Shown one piece after another: positions 13,131 to 24,559 of a stretch of DNA of 64,000 nt (within the stretch, counting starts at the first letter, position 1; each line of letters starts with the position of its first letter). The DNA is from Lama guanicoe (lineage: Eukaryota): the NCBI GenBank assembly GCA_013239625.1, contig MU054120.1:372001-436000 (forward strand). The letters run 5' to 3'. The translations under genes were made by a program, and so were the position numbers. Below the pieces are notes generated by a model, which searched no databases, was not told where the DNA came from, and worked only from the letters and a program-made list of their open reading frames with translations.

Positions 13131-14148
13131 AATTTTAACATCAGTGACGTAGACCACAAAATTCCCTCCGCAGCCCTACTGGGAAAGTGGCCTTGGTCAA
13201 GACTGCCCTTTCCAAAGCAATCTGCAGTCCCTTTCGCGGAAGTAAGGGACAAAACAGGGTGGAGAGAGCAGCTGCCAAGCAGCATCCGCCCAAAGAGGAG
13301 GCAGTTCGCACATCAGCCGCCTCGCCAGCCTCCCGCGCCACCTGCCCTGGCCTGGCGCCCCAGAGTGAGCCCAGGGGCCCAGGACACTCAGCGTGAGCCT
13401 GGGAGGAACAGGCCCTCCTAGACCAGGGTCAAGCCCGCGGGGCAGGCGTCCACACCTTTCCCTCTGTTTCGCCTCTACCTGGAGACGGAGAGGGGATATT
13501 AGACCCCCTCCTGGTATTTCGTCTCCTCCTTCCAGCCCCTCCGAGTCCCGATCTTCTACTAAAAGGCAAGATGCTCCTACACACTCTCGCCACTCCCTGT
13601 TCCCAGCTTCTAGGGCACGATGCCACCCTGGGGTGCGCGGGGCCCGGGGGCGGGATGCTGATGAGAAGCGCACCAGAGACAAGCCATGCGGGAGCCTGCC
13701 GGGAGTGAACACAGTGCCAGCAGAGTCCCCGCGCTGAAGCCGGGAGCGTGGGCGCCTCCCGGCCGGAAGCACGCGGGGCGCTCGCCGTCCTGGACCCCTC
13801 GGGCAGCCCCCGCCCCGCTCCCACGAAGCGCGTGCGCCCTGAGCCCGAGCCGGGCCGCGCCCCCGCAGCTGTCGGCGCGCCCGCGATACCTGAGCTCCGC
13901 TCTGGCGGCGGCTTCGGGGTTTTTTCGTCTATATAAGGGCTTGAGGGCAAATTCTGCGCTGACGCGCGTGTCACAGGTTAGCCACTATTTTTACACACGC
14001 GTGCGGTTCCCCGGGCAGCTCGGGTGACACGCGCGCGCTCGCCCTCCTTTCCGCCGGCGCCCCCTCGCCCTCGTCCTCCTTTCTTCCCGGGGAGTAACTT
14101 ACTTTCCGCGGTCCCTGGCCCCGGGTGGGCGCTGTGGCGAGCCTTTTC

Positions 14149-14172
14149 CCGCCGCCGCCGCCGCCGCCGCCG
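14149..14172 (-). repeat. (CGG)8 trinucleotide repeat in the putative 5'UTR
   Basis: Eight perfect CCG units on the plus strand. Confidence 0.95.
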
Positions 14173-14206
14173 CAGCCGGTTCGCCTCGTTGTCACCGGGT
14201 GAATGG

Positions 14207-14224
14207 ATTTATTTATTTATTTAT
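14207..14224. repeat. (ATTT)n tetranucleotide run inside the CpG island
   Basis: atttatttatttatttat read directly. Confidence 0.9.
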
Positions 14225-17142
14225 GTCCCCGCCGAGTCCTCGCCCGCCGCAGCCGCAGGAGGAGGAGGTGGCGGCGGCGGCGGGGTGGGGGGGCGGCGGG
14301 GCGGCTGAGCGCCCTCGTGGTGCCCCGGGCCGACGGGGGCCGGGCCCGCGGCTTTCGGGGAGCGCGGGGGCCAGCCGCCGCCCGGAGCCCCCGGGAGGAC
14401 TGAGCATGCTCGGAGCGGCTGTGCAGGCGGTGGACACTTCATGGCTGAGGCGCTCCACTTCAGATTTTAGCTTTGACCCAGGGAGTGAGCCCCAAGTCGG
14501 CTGGGGAGAGCTGATGGCTCGCGATCGGTCGGTCGGGACACGCTTTTCCCGAAGTTACTTCGGCGCCTAATGTGGGAGCCAGGTGTGGGGTGGCTCTGTT
14601 TAGATACCCCAGGGAGTGGGCAACCTGCAGGAGAGGAAAGTCACACAGAAGGAGAGGAAGCTGGCCGAAGGCGGGAGTCCAGGACAGCCTCACTGTGAGC
14701 TTGGAGGCAAACTCTTGGGGCGTTTCCCAGGGGAGATCTTTTTGAGGGGGCGTCGGGGGAGGAGCGATGGCAGTGTTGGAGATTAGGCTCCTGCACCAAA
14801 TCAGTCTAAGGGGAAAACAAAATTGACCCCGTGGGTGGAGGAGCACAGGAAGTAGCACAAGAAGAGCTTGAAAACAGAAAAGAAAGACAAGTCATTTGTA
14901 AATGATTCATTTTTAGTTTCTGAAATTATTTAATTCTTCAAAATAGTTATTTGAAAATTCGGAGTGCTAGGGATAATAGTAATTCCAGCCTCAGTTTGGT
15001 TTCTTCTATCTTTATTTACCCCTGTCCCGTCTGGAATACGTTTTGGGTGGGGAGTTGGAAAGAGGAAGGCCTGGAAACGAACCTGTGTAGTAAGTTCCTT
15101 TAAAGTTTTTAAAGTTGAAGTAATACTTAGAGGAAAACAGTCCCGAAGAATAAACATGGGCTTAGGTTTGAGAATTCATACTGCAGGTTTTCTGTCAGTT
15201 TGACTGAACCTCCCCATTCTGCTCCCCAAAGTGAAAAGGGTAAAATGTTACATCACTCTTAGAGAAAAATATAATTTCCTAGAAGCTTCTCTTGTTTATT
15301 CTAGAAATTAAATAATTTCTAAGAAGCCAAGATAATTTAGTTGAAATAAGTAGAGTTTTGAATTCCAAGGGACAAAGAATCAAGATGGCGGTATGGTAGT
15401 CATAATAATAATAATTACCTAATTATTAAGTGCTTATCATTGTCAGGCACTGTTCTAAATATGTGGATTATCTCAGTTAATACAATAATCCTATTAGATT
15501 ATTCACATTTTACCAATTTGGGAAATAAATTAAGTCATTTGGCTAAATTCTCATCACCTTACTTCTGCCTCAGCTAGTCTGTAGGCTTGAGCAAAACTTG
15601 AATTTTAGTTTCTGCAGTTACAAAATAGAAATAATATCATTCTTTTATTGCAGTCAGAAGATTTAGATGAGATGATATATGTGAAGTGGATGGTAGATTA
15701 ATATGAGACAAATAGGTAGTGGCTCTCATTAGCAACTTCAAAAAGTTTGGAAGACAGCATTACAGAGGGGGTTAGTTTGGAGACTAAGGAACCAAGGCGG
15801 AAATCTCAGAAATGACTTTAAATGTATTTTAAGTTTAAAATGTGTAAACTGATACCTGTACAAGATATAATAGACATTTGATAATGATGATATGTCTGGC
15901 AGTGACTATAAACACTTCATTTTCATTATAAAACAAGTATGTTAAATTTTAAAAAGAAATGCTAAGATACACATCTCAAGGTCATGTTCTTGAGTGTTTG
16001 CTACTGATGTTTTTCAGTTTCATTCATAATTTTTATTTTCTTTCAAAGAACAGAGGGAAAGGGCATATATTTCCCGAATTTTGATCCAATTCTCCTTTTT
16101 CCTTCTCTTTGATTTTTCTTTTCTGTCCTGTGGTCCTGTATTTTTCACAGCTCCATACTCTTGCCTACTTAATCTATTGCCAAACTCCTAAAATTACTAC
16201 CCAGAGCATTAATTATATCATAACCATACCAAATTTTCTTTTTAAGTCTTGTTTTTCCAACAGTTAAAACTGGATCCAATGTATCTACTGCCCCAGTGTT
16301 AGCATTTGGGTGTCCGTTTCTAAATTGCCTTGTTGCTATGGCTGGGCATGCTGTGTAAATATTTGGTTGGCTTAGAGAGAAATCTGAAAAGAGAATTAGG
16401 TGGGAATAAGTGAAGTTAATTTCTTCTGTGACTTATAGTCTTAATATTCTTCAGAAATTGAGAAAAATACAATTTAAAGGAAAAACAAATCATATGATTA
16501 GAATTTGAAATGTTTTTGATAAAATTTCTGCCTTGATTTCTATTCATAAGGCAAAGTAACAATGGGAGAAACAAAGGAGACCGATATAGTCAATATTCCA
16601 GCAACTCATGTTCCACAAATAAGTAACTTAGTGAATATATGCATAACATATAAACTAATAAAACCTAAACTTCTTACACCGCATACCCGCAGCCCCGTAT
16701 CCCAGGTTCTCTGCCCCTTCATTCTTCAGCCGTGCCATGTCTTCTCCCATTTTTCTGTCTTTTCTCACTCCCCAACCTCTGTTTCATATCAAACGTGTCC
16801 AAGCCATCTTTTCCGTTTAAGGCCTAGCCTATATGACATTACCTCTGTAGCATGTCAAAGATTCTTTCAATAAGAATTAATTCTCATCATCCTCTGTGCT
16901 CTTTTCCATAGAACGTGGTATATGCCTTTATTGGAGGCATTTTCATGTGCTTCACAGAATGGGTGTATTATAATTTTTTTTCTGTCTTCTCTTTTTTTTT
17001 AGGCTGTTGGAGCGTAGTGATGACATTGTACTCATCTCTGTAAGCTTCCAGCATCCAGCACAAATTCCTGCGGATAGAAGGTAATCAATAATGCTTGCCA
17101 AATGGAGGAAAGAGATGATAGTGTGATTTTAGGTAACAGATA

Positions 17143-17486
17143 TGTGGCAGAGACTTTGGTGCTAACAGCAGCCATGACACTACATTTCCTGACTTCTCTT
17201 AAGGTTATATTGGGGCCATGTGACTGGTCCTAACTGATAGAATATGAATGGAAGCAACTTGTGTCATTTCTGGGTAAAGGGCATTGAGAGTCAGTATGGA
17301 CCCTCCATTCCTGCTTTGCCTCCTCCAATAGCCTCATATTTCAGGTGAAGTCACTACAAGTTAAGGAAAAGCTGCTTGACTTGCATGGGACTCTGCCTGA
17401 GCAAGAAACCATTGCTGTGCTTAGCCACTGAGATTTCAGGATTTATTTGTCAGCAGAACATAGCCTAGCTTATTCCAGCCAATACA
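17143..17486 (+). mobile_element. Old MaLR LTR (MLT1-like)
   Basis: tgtggcag..ggggccatgtgactggtcctaactgatagaatatgaatggaag..ttagccactgagatttcagg..agcctagcttattccagccaataca. Confidence 0.75.
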
Positions 17487-18513
17487 AGATGCTACTCAAA
17501 CAGGTTATAAATCACAATGGTGTAAAGACCCAAAGAAACACTGAGCTTATGAGAATGCTCTAATGTATTCTTAGAACTAAAGTGTATATTCTCACAATCC
17601 CACGTTGATATATAACAGCCTTTTCATGGCAAGGCGCTGTGAGCCCAAAGCAGGTGTGTGTGTGTGAACTTCCCACGATAGAGTAGTTTTAACTAAGGAC
17701 ACAAGACCTAATGCCCCAATATTCCCCTCAGCCCGAGTGAGAACGAGAAGTGCATCCTGCCTTCCTGTGTCAGCATCATGCGACTGCGATTGAAGCTGGC
17801 TGGCAGCTGCGACTGTGATCGTTCTGACCTGGTTTCATGCAACATACAAAATATAAAAGACATCATGCCACTGTTTCTAGATTTATATCTTGAGTGCATC
17901 CATAAAGGCGGCTTTGGAAATTTCTTCTATGGAAGCTTCCCATAAAATTGTGGAGAATGCAAATCTAGTCTTAGTGTACAAGGAATCAAAAAGGAAAAAC
18001 CAATCATGTTGGACATGACTGTGAGGTGTGTATCTCAATAACTATACAAGAGCCCGGAGAGGTCTTTTGTCAAAGTAAATGACTCTTGGGGCTCTACAAA
18101 TCTCTCAATGGATTCTGCATTTAAACTCTTGTCCATTGGTATTTTTCTAATTTTACAATTTATTTAATGTTATCCATAAAGTAAGTTTAATGGATTGATT
18201 CTAATTATAAACCTAATTATAGATGCCTTCATCTGAATATGCTAATTATTCTGAAAGCATATAAAGTTAAAAAGTTGCATTAAAAGTTTTTATAGTAAAC
18301 TATAAACTTTCCTGGCAGGGATCTTGTAAATAATGGCTTAATTTAATTTTTAATGGTTTTTATTAAATGAATGAATGATGACTGAATATAGTACCAAGGA
18401 ACCTAAGGTTTCAGTGCTTTTCCCTGTGCACGTGGTCTTAGGTGGGCCACTTACCTTCACTTTTTAGAACTCTTGTGGTACTTTGAAGCACTCCAAGGGT
18501 GCAAAGATACAAA

Positions 18514-19089
18514 TGATACAGGAAAAAGAATGTGGGGCGAGAGGATGGCCATGTTCCAGGCCTTGGTTGAGTCCCTGGGATGCAACGGGCCAAGTGTGGG
18601 TCCTTGGCTTCGTGCGGGAAAGAATGCAAGAGTGAGCCACAGTTGAGTAAAGATAGATGTATTCAGAGAGATACACACTCCATTGAGTGCAGTGTGTTTA
18701 AGGAGGTAAGAAAAAGGCCAAGAGGTGTAGGGGTTGGGTGCTCAATAGACACACACTCCATACAAGGGGTGCGGGCCAACTCAGAAGGGAGAGTGGCCAC
18801 GAGGTGTGGGGGTTGTTAGTTTTTATAGGCTTGGTAACTTCGTATGCCAACAAGTGGGAGAATTATTCCAACTACTTTGGGGACAGGGCTGGGATTCCCA
18901 CTTTTTGAGCTCTTGTGGTTAGCCTCAGAACTGTCATGGCACCCGTGGGAGTGTCATTTACCATGCTGACATATTATAATGAGTGTATAATGAAGCTCAA
19001 GGTCTACTGGGAGTTGAGTCTACCTCCACCTTGGTGTTAATTGCTGTGTCATTCTTTGGCTGTGCCCTGCCCCCTTCCTTTCTGTCTCA
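18514..19089 (-). mobile_element. ERV1-type solo LTR
   Basis: Inverted termini tgatacaggaaaa..ttttctgtctca. Minus-strand TATA (plus tttttatagg). Internal imperfect duplication. 4-bp flanks caaa/caca. Confidence 0.8.
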
Positions 19090-20274
19090 CACAGAGATTA
19101 CGCATACTCCTAACAATTGAAGAAGTATTTATGCGTGTTGAGGTTTTTTTCTTTTCTAATTAGCCACACACACAAAAAAGTTGACTTTAAATATTTTGGA
19201 GAGTAGTTTTGATCAAAATTTATAAGAATGCAGCCAGAAAGTTACCTGCTTACCTTGTAACCTTGTCTAACTTGCCCTGTGCCTGGAATGTCCAAGGGTT
19301 AGTCATTGTTTGTATTTACATAATGCCTCGTCGGTCACAAGAGAGTTTCATGCTAAAATACTGCCAGCCACCTGCTTCTCAGTAAACTACATTTTCAGCT
19401 GCTCTTACTTTGTTTTATGTACCTAAAGGCAAAGCCACCATGCTGTTTTTCCATTCTGAAGCTCTTTTTTTTTTCCTGCTTTCTATTTGCCAGGAATTGA
19501 TTCAAATTGCTTATCTGTTTTTGTGCTGTTTTGCTATATAATTCTAATTGATTTCCTAACGTTGGTACATTTTTCTGGGAGTTCGCTAATTGTGATCTTG
19601 AATTATCACTTGTTATAAATTTCTTCCCAAGAAATAATCTGGATGAGATTTGTTACGTAAGATGTAATGTAGGTTTCGAGTCCAAATGTTTGAATAGAAT
19701 GTGCCTCTGTCCTTTAGCTCTGTGATTGAGGCTGAGAACTAACAATGTTGGTGGTCACCTGAAGTTTACTGATGTTTTTTTTTCCCTTGGTTCACCAGAA
19801 TTTCATTTCTTAGTGTAGGTCCTATATCGTGGAATTCAGTCTCTGTGAGTTTTATTCCTTAGATGTATTTATTGAGCAACTGTTACATGACAGGCAATGT
19901 GAGAAGCTTTTTAGATATAAGTAGTGGTTCTCTGAAGCAAATGATACACTATTTCTTTAATTTTCAGACTTATTATGATCCTAATGCTATGATTTCACCC
20001 ACTCCATAATTCTGTTTGCACATATGTACCCATCAGAGTATAAATATTGGGATAATGGTTTTCTTGAATGATATTCCCTGTAAGTTTTTTTCAACATGAA
20101 CTGGAATAGACTATCCTAGTTATTGAGTGGAAGGGTTATCCAGAGATTCAGAAACATTTTTCAAAAGAGACATGTAGAGTTTTTCCTCAGCAGACTTTCT
20201 GAAGAATGAGCTTTTTTTCATGATGCCAAAGACTCAAACAAAAATTGTGGATTTCTTTGTCAATATACCAGCTT

Positions 20275-20720
20275 TATTTTAAATAAACTTTATTGACATA
20301 TAACTCACATTAAAAATGCATGCCTTTTAAGTGTATATAGTTTGATGGATTTTGACTGATTTGTGTACCCGTTTAATCACCACCCTATCCAGATATAGAG
20401 CATTTCCATCATCCCAGAAAGTTCTGCCATACCATTTTTATTCAGTCTCCCCTGCACCCCAGGCAATTGCTAACCTGGTTTTTATCATCATAGACTAGAT
20501 GATTTTCTCTACTTTAAAATGTTAGATAAATAGAGTGACACAATATGTACTCTTTTGTACTTGGCTCTTACATTCTGCATATTTGTTTTTAATTCATCCG
20601 TGTAGTTGTGTGTACATATTAGCAGTTTTTTCCTTTCCTTCTTGGGCGGTATTCTATTGTGTGGAAATGCCACATTTTTTTTTTATCAATTCACGTGTGG
20701 ATGGATATTTGGATTATTTT
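20275..20720 (-). mobile_element. Old L1M 3' region, the target of the young half-L1; resumes at about 23691
   Basis: tttattgacatataactcacatt..aatcaccaccctatccagatatagagcatttccatcatcccagaaagttc is a typical old L1 3'UTR in antisense. Confidence 0.8.
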
Positions 20721-20734
20721 TATTATTTACTTCT

Positions 20735-23676
20735 TTTTTTTAGCAAATTAAGAAATTTATTTTCTCATGTCTCTTTACAAAGCTTTTATACTTACTAAAA
20801 TTATGGAGTGGAAACCCAAATTTTTTTAACATCTTTTTTTATTGAGTAATAGTCATTTTACAATGTTGTGTCAAATTCCAGTGTAGAGCATAATTTTTCA
20901 GTTATACATGAACATATGTATATTCATTGTCACATTTTCTTTTTCACTGTGCGCTACCACCAGATCTTGTATTTATATCCCTGTGCTATACAGTATAATC
21001 TAGTTTATCTATTCTACATTTTAAAATCCCAGTCTGTCTCTTCCCACCCCCTGCCCCCTTGGCAACCACAAGTTTGTGTTCTATGTCTGTGAGTCTGTTT
21101 CTGTTTTGTGTTTATGTTCTTGTTTTGTTTTGTTTTGTTTTTTAGATTCCACATATGAGTGATCTCATATGGTATTTTTCTTTCTCTTTCTGGCTTACTT
21201 TACTTAGAATGACATTCTCCAGGAACATCCATGTTGCTGCAAATGGCTCTGTGTTGTCGGTTTTTATGGTTGAATAGTATTCCATTGTATAAATATACCA
21301 CCTCTTCTTTATCCAGTCACCTGTTGATGGACGTTTAGGCTGTTTCCATGTCTTGGCTGTTGTAAACAGTGCTGCTATGAACATTGAGGTGCAGGTGTCA
21401 TTTTGAAGTAGGCTTCCTTCTGGATATATGCCCAGGAGCGGGATTCCTGGGTCATACGTTAAGTCTATTCCTAGTCTTTTGAGGAGTCTCCATCCTGTTT
21501 TCTACAGTGGCTTTCCTTGCTTCCCTCTCCCACTCTTAGTGATTTAGAGGTCTTCTTTTACAATTTTGTGTTTATTCTTTTTGTAATTCATGGCAGTTAT
21601 CTCTGTTCCAGTTATGAGTTTCTAATTTTTGTAGCATCCTGCTTCTTTTCTATTTAGAGTAGACCTGTCAATATTTCTTTTATCATGGGTTTAGTGTTGC
21701 TAAACTCTTTTTAGTTTTTGCTTGTCTGTGAAGTTCTTTATCTCGCCTTCTATTCTGAAGGATAGCCTTGCTGGATAGAGTATCCTAGGCTGCATCTTTT
21801 TTTCATTCAGGACTTAGACTATATCTTGCCTCTCCCTCCTGGCCTGGAGCATTTGTGTAGACAAATCAGCTGAGAGCCTTATGGGGGTTGCCTTGTAACT
21901 CACTCTTTGTTTTTCTCGTGCAGCCTTTAGGATCATTTCTTTATCCTTGACTGTGGCCATCTTGATTATGATATGTCTTGGTGTGGGTCTGTTTGGGTTC
22001 TTCCTGTTTGGGACCCTCTGAGCCTCCTGTACTTGGATATCTGATTCCTTCTTTAGGTTTGGGAAGTTTGCAGTCATGATTTCTTCAAATACCTTTTCAA
22101 TCCCCTTTGTTCTTTTTTCCCCTTCTGGAACCCCTATTATGCATAGATGGGCATGCTTTATATTATCCCATAGGTCCCTTATGTTGCTTTCATTGGTTTT
22201 TATTTGTTTTTCTCTCAGCTGTTCTGATTGGGTGCTTTCTGTTTTCCTGTCTTCTAGGTCACTTATTCGTTCCCCTGCATTATCTTGCCTGCTTTGGACA
22301 GCCTTTAGGTCAGCTCTCATCTCAGCAAATGAGTTTACTAATTCTACTTGGTTCTTCTTTATAGCTTCTATTTCATTTTTGACATATTTTATATCTCTAA
22401 ACACTATTTATTTTAGTTCCTTCAGTACTTTGATCACTCCTTTTTTGAAATCTTGATCTAATAGGCCATCAGTGTCTATTTCCTTGATCATGCTTTCAGG
22501 GGATTTCTATTGATCTTTTAACTGTGAGTGGTTCTTCTGCTTCTTCATATTGCTCATATCTCTCTGGTACCGGTGGGTGGGCGGGTCACTCCCCCCTCAA
22601 TGCCGCAGTCAGATGCTGTGCTTGGGGGAGGCAGGTGGGTGGATCTCGCCCCATCCCAGCACCGCAGTCAGGTGCTGCATTCCTGCCAGGAAGGTGGGTG
22701 GCCGCCCGCCCTCTCCTGGCACCAGTCGCTCCGCTACTCTGTGCAGCTGCCCGCTCCACCTCAGGTCAGCGCTCTGTAGGTTGGCTCGGGGAAGACAGCA
22801 GAACAGCCCTGCCCCTGCTGTGTGCCAAATCTCAGCTCCTTGTTTGCCTTGGCGGTGTGAGTTCTCTTTCAGCCAGGGCAGAAAGATCCTCTCTGCCTTG
22901 GGCTGTAAACAAGTCTCAGTCCTGCCCAGGAGGTTGCGGAGCCCCCGGTGTGGATTCAGGTCTCGGCCCCGCCCCCGCCCAGGCTCTACACACAGGAGGA
23001 GGTGGTGGCTGTGGCTGCGCCCGCCTCTTCTCAGGAGATGCACCAGTAATGGTGCCACAGGTCTGAGGCGACAAAGGCTACAGTGCCCCTCCCCCCAGGG
23101 CACACCAGCCATGTTGCTTTGCCTTTTGCACAATTTATGGGGGACCGAGGTTGTTCTGCCTGTATCCCCTCCCAGCCCTGGCACGCAGCCCCCTACAGTC
23201 CCCTGGGGCTGTCTCAGTGCAGCCACCCCTGTCCTCCCCCTGACTCAGGCCGCCTGTCCCGGCCCCCAACTGCCAGCTCGCATCTCGGGCTGGGTGTTGT
23301 GGGGGCCCTTTGTGCCCGTTTAACTTAGTTCTGTCAGTCAGGGGGTGCTTGGGGCAGATCTGAGCCTTGGTGGCTCCCCCTTTGTCCCGTTGGCCTCTCT
23401 GTTGGAAGAGGGAGACCCAGTGAATGAGCGCCAGTCCTCCTTTGCCACTCCCTCCCCGCAGGACCGATCCCGCACTGTTTTGCTTTTTCTTCTTTCTTTT
23501 TTCCTTTTCTCCTACCAGATTTTTGGCATCTTTGTCTTTCGAAGAGGGCGATGTTCTGTCGGAGTTCGGCAGGTGCTCTGGCTGGCTGAGTGGGTCTGTG
23601 GATGTGAGTTTTGGTGTATTTGTGGGAGAGGGTGAGCTATGAGTGTCCTTCTACTCCACCATCTTGCTTCTCTCTC
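20735..23676 (-). mobile_element. Young ORF2-deleted LINE-1 (half-L1): 5'UTR, ORF1 (22557->21654, disrupted), last part of ORF2, 3'UTR and a short 3' transduction
   Basis: 5' end gagagagaagcaagatggtggagtagaagg. L1 ORF1p motifs (DLWDNIKHAHLCIIGVPEGE, PTPRHIIIK, ILKAAREK). Abrupt join at 21510/21511 to the ORF2 C-terminus (YDPGIPLLGIYP..MFIAALFTTAKTWKQP..WYIYTMEYYS). Perfect 14-bp TSD tattatttacttct at 20721-20734 and 23677-23690. Confidence 0.93.
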
Positions 23677-24559
23677 TATTATTTACTTCTGTGAGCATTT
23701 AAATACAAATATTTCTGTGGACACTTGTTACATCAAGTTTTATTTTAATACATAAAATCAAAAACATGTTAAAAAAGCAATACAGTGTCTGAAATGTGTA
23801 TTTCAGATACTAGGCATCTGAATAATTGGGTATAGGCCAAGTTGGGCACATAACTAATACACTACTTTGGCAAAGACACAAATAAATTTAAATTTTAATT
23901 TCTTCATAAGTAATAAAAACTTAATTTGATTGTTGAGTATAGTGAACAAGATGATGTAAAAAAAATGGAATTGCTTTCTAAATTGTAAACCTTAACAGAA
24001 ATGATGTGGCATTATCATATGCAAAATATGTACATACTTAGGAAATAGTATTTCAGAAATAAAATGACATATTTAAGTAAGGCAAACTGATTTGACATAA
24101 TTTGAATGGGAAAAGACAGTGTGGTATTAACCAAGATTTGATATTTGATTTAAGTTTATCTCCTTAACCAGGTTTTAAAAAACAAACTGGACAATAGCAA
24201 AATCCAGAAGTAGTTTTACACAGAAAAATCAGTCACTTCACGGGCATCTTACTTTAAATGTCTGTTTAGTTAAGAGTAACTGTATGAAGAACATTTATCA
24301 TACGGGAGTCGCAGACGCTGCTGTAGAGTAGAGCATATAAAGGTGTTTTCTTCCTCTATTATTCAGCCTCATATCACTTGGGAATTAAATTCCTCCTCAT
24401 AACTATTTTAGAGAGAACTGTATCTCTTTTTCACTCTAGGTATGGGATCTTTAATGATTATCCTTTTATTTGAGAGTTTTTTCTTCCTTCTTTTCTGCTC
24501 CAGTTATTATTTTTGGGTAAAAATTTTTAAAGTGTTGTGTAAACCAACAACAGTCATTA

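Larger units (their letters stand above)
14103..14401 (-). other. Probable non-coding first exon (5'UTR), about 300 nt
   Basis: Ends at a consensus donor (GTAAGT, 14102-14097). No ATG on the minus strand within the interval. TSS placed only by the Inr-like TCAGT motif, so the 5' boundary is approximate. Confidence 0.6.
13300..14600. promoter_or_regulatory. CpG island / promoter of an unidentified gene, most likely transcribed leftward (minus strand)
   Basis: Very high GC and CpG density compared with AT-rich flanks; GC boxes; free of interspersed repeats. GAGCATGCTCAGT (NRF1-like palindrome plus Inr-like TCAGT) on the minus strand at about 14399-14411. Strong minus-strand donor AAA|GTAAGT at 14103/14102. 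Confidence 0.9.

Noticed and set aside
14103..14401. Assigning a gene symbol to the CpG-island gene
   Set aside because: No coding exon is in the window and I could not reliably recognise the 5'UTR. A BLAST search is needed.
12944..14858. Many overlapping 60-190 aa ORFs across the CpG island
   Set aside because: Low-complexity Pro/Arg/Gly/Ala translations on both strands, expected from stop-poor GC-rich DNA. No recognisable domain.
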